DNA of 64,000 nt from assembly GCA_951406725.2 (NCBI GenBank), contig OX597822.1:79856001-79920000 (forward strand), in the 5' to 3' direction. This document shows, piece after piece, positions 58,150 through 64,000 of the stretch (position 1 is its first letter; the number at the start of each line of letters is the position of its first letter). The DNA comes from Octopus vulgaris. Its lineage: Eukaryota. The position numbers and the translations under genes are program-made. The notes below the pieces were generated by a model. It did no database searches. It saw only the letters and a list, made by a program, of their open reading frames with translations, and was not told the DNA's origin.

Positions 58150-58559
58150 CTGCAAATAAATAAATACATAAATAAACAGTAAAACCCGTTTTCTTTTTAT
58201 CTTTTACTTGTTTAAGTCAATCGACTGCTGCCATACTGGAGCATTTTTTTGAAGGATTTTGTCGAACAGAACAAGTTTATAACTGTATTATTGGGTCTTT
58301 GGACGAACCACAAGTCACAGGGACATAATTAAATCCAGCTTAGTTCTTAGGGAGAATCAGCATGACACAGAATGTGACAGTGCTGACCCTTTTTTAAAAT
58401 ACAGGTACAACTCATTTTTGCCAGCAGAGTAAAATACATCAATATGAAATAAGTTTCTTAGTCAAGGACACAATGCAACTACCAAAATCAAACTCATGAC
58501 CTTACATTCTTGAGCCGAATACTTAACCACTTGTCGACTCGACCACACAGAATAGTAGG

Positions 58560-59272
58560 GTCAGTTGGGCACCGTCTGTGAAAACGACATGTACTGCGTG
58601 GAAGTCGTGCCGGACGCTCCAATACCACCATTTCAGAGAGTTAGAATGTCGATCTGAGTGTTTGCCGTGTACCCTAAACATGCACCGAGAGTGATAAAAA
58701 TCAAACTTCCAATCAAATTCATGCTGTTTGGTGTGATCACTAGTGATGGCGATGTTATGCCACAATTAATCTTCCCACTCGGCCTCACATAACATGGATG
58801 CCTCCATCAAGTGCCTGCAGGAGGTAGTGCTGCCCTGGGACAAGAGGATGGCTGCTGGAAGAGCCCATGTCAGGCTTGCAAGAAGACCCGGTCATGGCTG
58901 TCAGACAATTTCCACGACCACATCACCCCTAACATCTGGCCACCTAACTCCCCAAACTGCAAACCCCTTAATTTATTATACGTGGGACGCAGTTGAGCGA
59001 CAGACCAACAAAATTCCTTGTAACACCAAAGATGAACTGAAGGCAAGGATTATGGCAGTATTCACCAACTTATACAAGGAGACTGTCCAGAAGGGTTGCA
59101 GGAGATTCTGAAATCTGGAGGCTGTGGTTGAAGCCAATGGCGATTTTATTAAATAAATTTACTCTTTAGTATATCAAGAAATCTTTATGTAATTTTGGCA
59201 AATATATGTTAAAATTAGACGTCAGTGTTATTTCCATTTTTACGTAATTGAGACGATAATTCATTCACCTGT
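58560..59272 (+). mobile_element. maT/DD37D-like mariner remnant in the chitin synthase intron
   Basis: FGVITSDGDVMP, IKCLQEVVLPW, WLSDNFHDHITPNIWPPNSPNCKPL. Ends ...cacctg|ta. Confidence 0.75.
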
Positions 59273-59763
59273 ATATATGCGCCCTCATGTACGCGGGCGT
59301 GTGTGTGTTTTCACTTTCACCTACCACCGCTTGTCAACCGGTGCTGGTTTCTTTTTGTCCCCGTCTCTTCGGCTATGATAGAATAAATACCAAACTTAAT
59401 AAGTAATCGGGTGGAACTGTACAAGTAAAACACTTTCATGCTGGTGTCCCTGCATGGTAGTAGTTTAATGACTGGATCAAACATTGGCTTGTAAAGTTTG
59501 GCACAAGGCTAGCAAGTCTGGGGGAGGGTGTAAGTCGATTACATCGCTCTCAATGTTTGACTGGTTCTTATTTTATCGACTCCGAAAGGGATGAAAGGCA
59601 AAGTCAGACTCGATGGAAATTGAACTCAGAACATAAAGACGAACGTTATGTCGCTAAGGCCTTTTCCTGACGTACTTACCAATCTGCCACCTCACCACTA
59701 ATGAGACAAGTAAAAGATGAAACACTCAAAACATTTCGAGCGATTTCAAATAAATATACTTAC

Positions 59764-59975
59764 AGAATCCCTTGTCCCCCAGCTTTGATCTATAATGTTG
59801 CTGATGGCATATGCTGAAACCAAAATATTCATGGTTGGAACCATGAACATGGAGAAAAATCCAAGACATAACATCCAGCACTCGTGTGGGTGTAAAACGG
59901 CGGCATAGATAATACAGATCGGGAGTACGAGTAACATATACTCATCTTCAAATTCCAGAGTGCCAGCTTTATCAT
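59764..59975 (-). CDS. Chitin synthase-like gene copy B, SWGTR exon
   Basis: ttgcAG / GTAAGT boundaries; 212 nt, phase 1 to 0. AAVLHPHE...P.MNILVSAYAISNIIDQSWGTRDS matches the LHP.E and N...SWGTR signatures of chitin synthases. Confidence 0.9.
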
Positions 59976-61138
59976 CTGCAAAGGACAGAAATCAATATTT
60001 AGTTGTTGTTGTTGTTGGTGGTGGTATCTTTCTCAATTATCTCCCTTTAAGGCTGTTTAAACAGGTTTCTTTTCGTTTCTCTGTTATTAATTTTACTTGC
60101 GTTTCTATCTTAGTAGAAACTGATGAATAAAGAAATCAAACTACATAAACAAACGGCAGCAAAACCGTTCAGAAATGAAATAACACTAACATATTTTTAT
60201 AATATATATATATTATACATACATATTAAAACTTTACAGTATACTTACATATGTATATACATCTATACATCGATCTAAAACAACAGGAATACTAAAGGAA
60301 GACCGGAGTTTAAGAGAAGCGAAAGCCAAAAGGTCTCATAGTATTTATTTTAAAATTCCTGAGTACAACTTATTATTATTACCACCACCTTTGAAACTAT
60401 TTTGAATGGTGAATTTGTTGACTTTGGCTTGTATTAGATAAGGATAAACTATTTATTACAGTTACTAAATTTTCTGCAGCCAACTTCATATTCCATGTCT
60501 AACATCGGGATCGATCAGGTACCGGACAAGGATTCTGTATTATTTTTCCAGTTTTTTTTTACTTAATTTTTGAGACCCTAACCCTAACTTTAATATTCTC
60601 GTTTGTGAGAGCAGTCGAGTTTATGTCAGATATTCTCATTTTAAAAATCATCTCTCACAAATCGTTGAGAGGACGTTGGTGTTGCCTTGGCGGAGATTTG
60701 CGCTGTCTGAGTGCAATTATTATTATTGAGTGAGAGAGCAGTGCATGCGATCAAAGTGACACTGAAGCCCAGTATACCCATCACGACTACACGTCAGATA
60801 AGGGTACACCAGGCACATGCATCACAACCATATGTACGCGACACGGAGATCTCATATCAAGATAAACAGCGCAAGACATTGCAGGTGCGGCCCAGTTAGA
60901 ATTTTCTTCTGATCGAGTAACCCATCCGGCTCAAAAGGTCCCTGAATAAGGGTTGTTTAAGGATGTTAAACGAAACACTCATATTTCCAAAGGTGAATTA
61001 TCCAAACCTCTAAGAATTCCTTTCAACACACAGCTATGATGCTTCCCCACTAATTCTGCTCGTGATCAGAGATGCACATATCGTCAGACACCAGGGGACA
61101 TGCTCAACTCGTTAAGGTAAAACAACTTATTATTATTT

Positions 61139-61550
61139 AGGCGGCGAGCTGACAGAATCGGTAGTGCGCTGGACGAAATGCTTAGCGTTATTTCGCCCGT
61201 TACTACGTTCTGAGTTCAAATTCCGCCGAGGTCGACTTTGCCTTTGATCATTTCGTGGTCGATAAATTAAACACCACCTGCGTACTAAGGTCGATCTAAT
61301 CGACTGGCCCCCTCCCCGCAATTTCTGCCCTTTTGCCTACAGTAGAAAGTATTATTAAGGTGGCGAACTGGTAGAATCGTTAGCATGCTGGACGAAATGC
61401 TTAGCGATATTTCGTCCGTCGCTACATTCTACTTTGCCTTTCATCCTTTCGGGGTCGATTAAGTAAGTACCAGTTGAACACTAGGGTCGATGTAATCGAC
61501 TAGCCCCCTTACCCGAAATTTTCAAGGCCTTGTGCCTAAAGTAGAAATTT
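61139..61550 (+). mobile_element. Two tandem SINE copies
   Basis: ggcggcgagctgacagaatcg...gagttcaaattccgccgaggtcgactttgcc, repeated from about 61359. Confidence 0.75.
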
Positions 61551-62309
61551 TTATTATTATTGAAACGGTGAGCTAGCAGAATGGTTAGTGCCTGAGATCA
61601 GATCGTCACCGATATTTGTTGCTCTTATTCGCGTTCTGAGTTCAAATCCCGACTTAGCCTTTCATCTTGTGTCAATTTACTCAGCTTGCTCCCTACCCTC
61701 AAAGCTCCTGGCCTTGAACTCTGCAACCTGTCGGCGTCCCGCTCAGGAAGAACGCTGTCATCTCTGTAGAAACTTCCATGGAAACTGAGTAGTTGGTCTT
61801 ATGAGACGTCGGGCTCGAGTAAAAAAATTTTAATGGAGAAAGTGGTCTCTATACGATCGCTCAAGCTATTAGAAATAGGTCATTCTGTTGATCGGCTAAA
61901 CTGGAACCCTCGTCATCGTAACCGACGGAGTAGCAGTCTTGTTTATACTAATGTAGAAATTACTGTATTTCATTTAATTATTTAAATATATTCAATATTT
62001 GATTTATTTAAAAGTGACTCCTCCTGATTCGGAAAAATTCAATCCGGAAAGTCTTTTCAACAAAATGCTCCGGGAAAATTGATATTGTACCTGTATCTGA
62101 TTTAGGAACAAGGCAAACTTTGAGAGGAGGGTGTGTTACTTTAATTTTATCTTGGAAGGAAAAAAGGCAAAGTTGCACTCAGCGTGATCTAAACTCGAAA
62201 CGTAAAAAAATCTGAAGAAATAACCTTAAGCATTTTATTTTTGTCGTTTTGTTCTTTTGTCACGATATTGTAAAAGCTCTATCATCTGGTCGCATTTCTG
62301 CAGAACATA

Positions 62310-62705
62310 AATTCTTTTCTACTTTAGGCACAAGGCCTGAAATTTTGGGGGAGGCGGCCAGTCGATTAGATCGATTCCAATATGCACCTGGTTCTTAATC
62401 TATCGACTTCGAAAGGATGAAAGCAAAGTCGACCTCGGCGGAATTTGAACTCAGAACGTAAACACAGACGAAATACCTATTTCTTTACCACCCACAAAGG
62501 GCTAAACACAGAGATGACAAACAAGGACAGACAGATTAAGTCGATTATATCGGCCCCGTGCGTAAAAGGTACTTAATTTATCGACCCCGAAAGGATGAAA
62601 GGCAAAGTCGACCTCGGCGAAATTTGAACTCAGAACGTAACGGCAGACGAAATGCAGCTACGCATTTCGCCCGGCGTGCTAACGTTTCTGCCAGCTCGCC
62701 GCCTT
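62310..62705 (-). mobile_element. SINE of the same family with internal duplication
   Basis: gaaaggatgaaag(g)caaagtcgacctcggcg.aatttgaactcagaacgta occurs twice. Confidence 0.75.
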
Positions 62706-63298
62706 CTGCAGAACATAAATTAGAGTAAATAGACATTGCAAACACTGAAGTCCGTCGCTTCAAGGATTGAGGTCACTGGTAATACCAAACCATAGCCACA
62801 AATAACGGCAATTTTTTCTATTGTTAGCGCTTATAGTTTATTAGCACTATGCTTTTGAAGCTGGGGCATCAGTGAATTATTTGAGATTGTTCTATATTGA
62901 TTCCAACTTGCTGGAAATAATTGGTTCTGTGCATGGAGGAGAAATTTATCCATTCCATACTTATCTCAAGAGCCATTGCAAAAAAAAAATAAAAGTTGCC
63001 AATTAATTAAGATAAATAATCAAATAACATGCGGCACCCAACCACAATACTATTCTATTATAGCATATTTGTAGTAATAAAAAATATAAATTTTTGCTTT
63101 GCTTTAAATCAAGAATTAACTTAGAATCGGGTTGAATTTGGAGTTGTGTGGTCCACGATTCATCAAAATGTAGCAACAAAGTAAGCAATAAGGAATCACC
63201 AAAGCAATGAATCGACTCGACGGTAACTAACCAATAAGTCTACACTCACAAGACAGACAGACAGACAGATAAAGAGACGCATATAAATTACAACTGAC

Positions 63299-63529
63299 CT
63301 TCGATAATATCTCTGGCAACAATGATGGTAATACCTATGAAGACGCATGAAATCGCAATGCCAAATACAAATATTAAGAAGGTTGTGATATAGACTTGAA
63401 TCTTCGTCGGAACAAACATACAGATGATCATATAGCCTAAAAGTATCATACAAACTAAGACTGTAGGCGCCACAAATGTTATTTCGAATAGCAAGTCTAA
63501 CCCAGCTGTGATTAGAATAATGGTGGAAC
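63299..63529 (-). CDS. Chitin synthase-like gene copy B, multi-TM exon
   Basis: tttctctgcAG / GTCAGT boundaries; 231 nt, phase 1 to 1. STIILITAGLDLLF...YMIICMF...QVY...ARDIIE is the hydrophobic region that follows the QRRRW motif. The gene continues beyond the window. Confidence 0.8.
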
Positions 63530-64000
63530 CTGCAGAGAAATAAGAAAGACAAATTTAAAATATGTTAATGTGTGGCATGGAATTTTACTGACAATTGACT
63601 GCAATTTAGAGTAGAAAATATCATATTATTGTTCAGACGTTGATAAAGTAGGTTCATATGAACTGATAATGTGCGTAGATGAGGAATTACCTATGGGTAT
63701 ACAGAATGCCGTGAAATACACATCAAGAGCTCGAGGGATGGATGTCAACTTGCAAGGTAGGGTCGATTTAATGGTAAAACAACACCATTGATTATTGGTT
63801 CATCTGCCGGCTTTATGCTCCAAAATAATGTATAACTACTTTTATCTTTTAATTCATTTGTGTCCGGAAGTCTGGTCTCACTTAGAATTGCAACATCAAT
63901 ATTATGTGAGTCGATTACCTTTGCAATTAGTGATGTTTTTCATGTTTGTTGTCTTCTAAAGTACTTACATTCCAACAACATGTTTCTTTTATTTTCCTTA

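Overview
Repeat-saturated animal DNA, most likely octopus (inferred from cephalopod-type tRNA-derived SINEs and extreme (TA)n/(CA)n/(TACA)n density). Most ORF-track entries ([14 protein letters not shown]) are microsatellite artefacts. The only host coding sequence I can support is the 3' part of two paralogous chitin-synthase-like genes facing each other about 54 kb apart: copy A on + (exons 2082-2166, 2507-2958) and copy B on - (exons 63299-63529, 59764-59975, 58065-58149, 57001-57458). All B exons are splice-phase consistent and include an SWGTR motif. The spacer is a nest of mobile elements: RTE LINEs, CR1/L2-like LINEs (one near full length, with a Myb/SANT + CCCH ORF1 and a tandem-repeat 5' UTR), Penelope-like elements and their pseudo-LTRs, non-autonomous Helitrons, Tc1/mariner remnants and SINEs. 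The main hidden signal is RNA: about 16 hammerhead-ribozyme-like motifs in at least nine repeat families, several directly tied to Penelope ORFs. Four motifs, in two diverged families with compensatory pairing, have a non-circularly permuted (S-G-C) strand order. There is also a G3:C8 core-swap variant and a five-copy A9C variant. All structures were folded by eye and none is experimentally tested.
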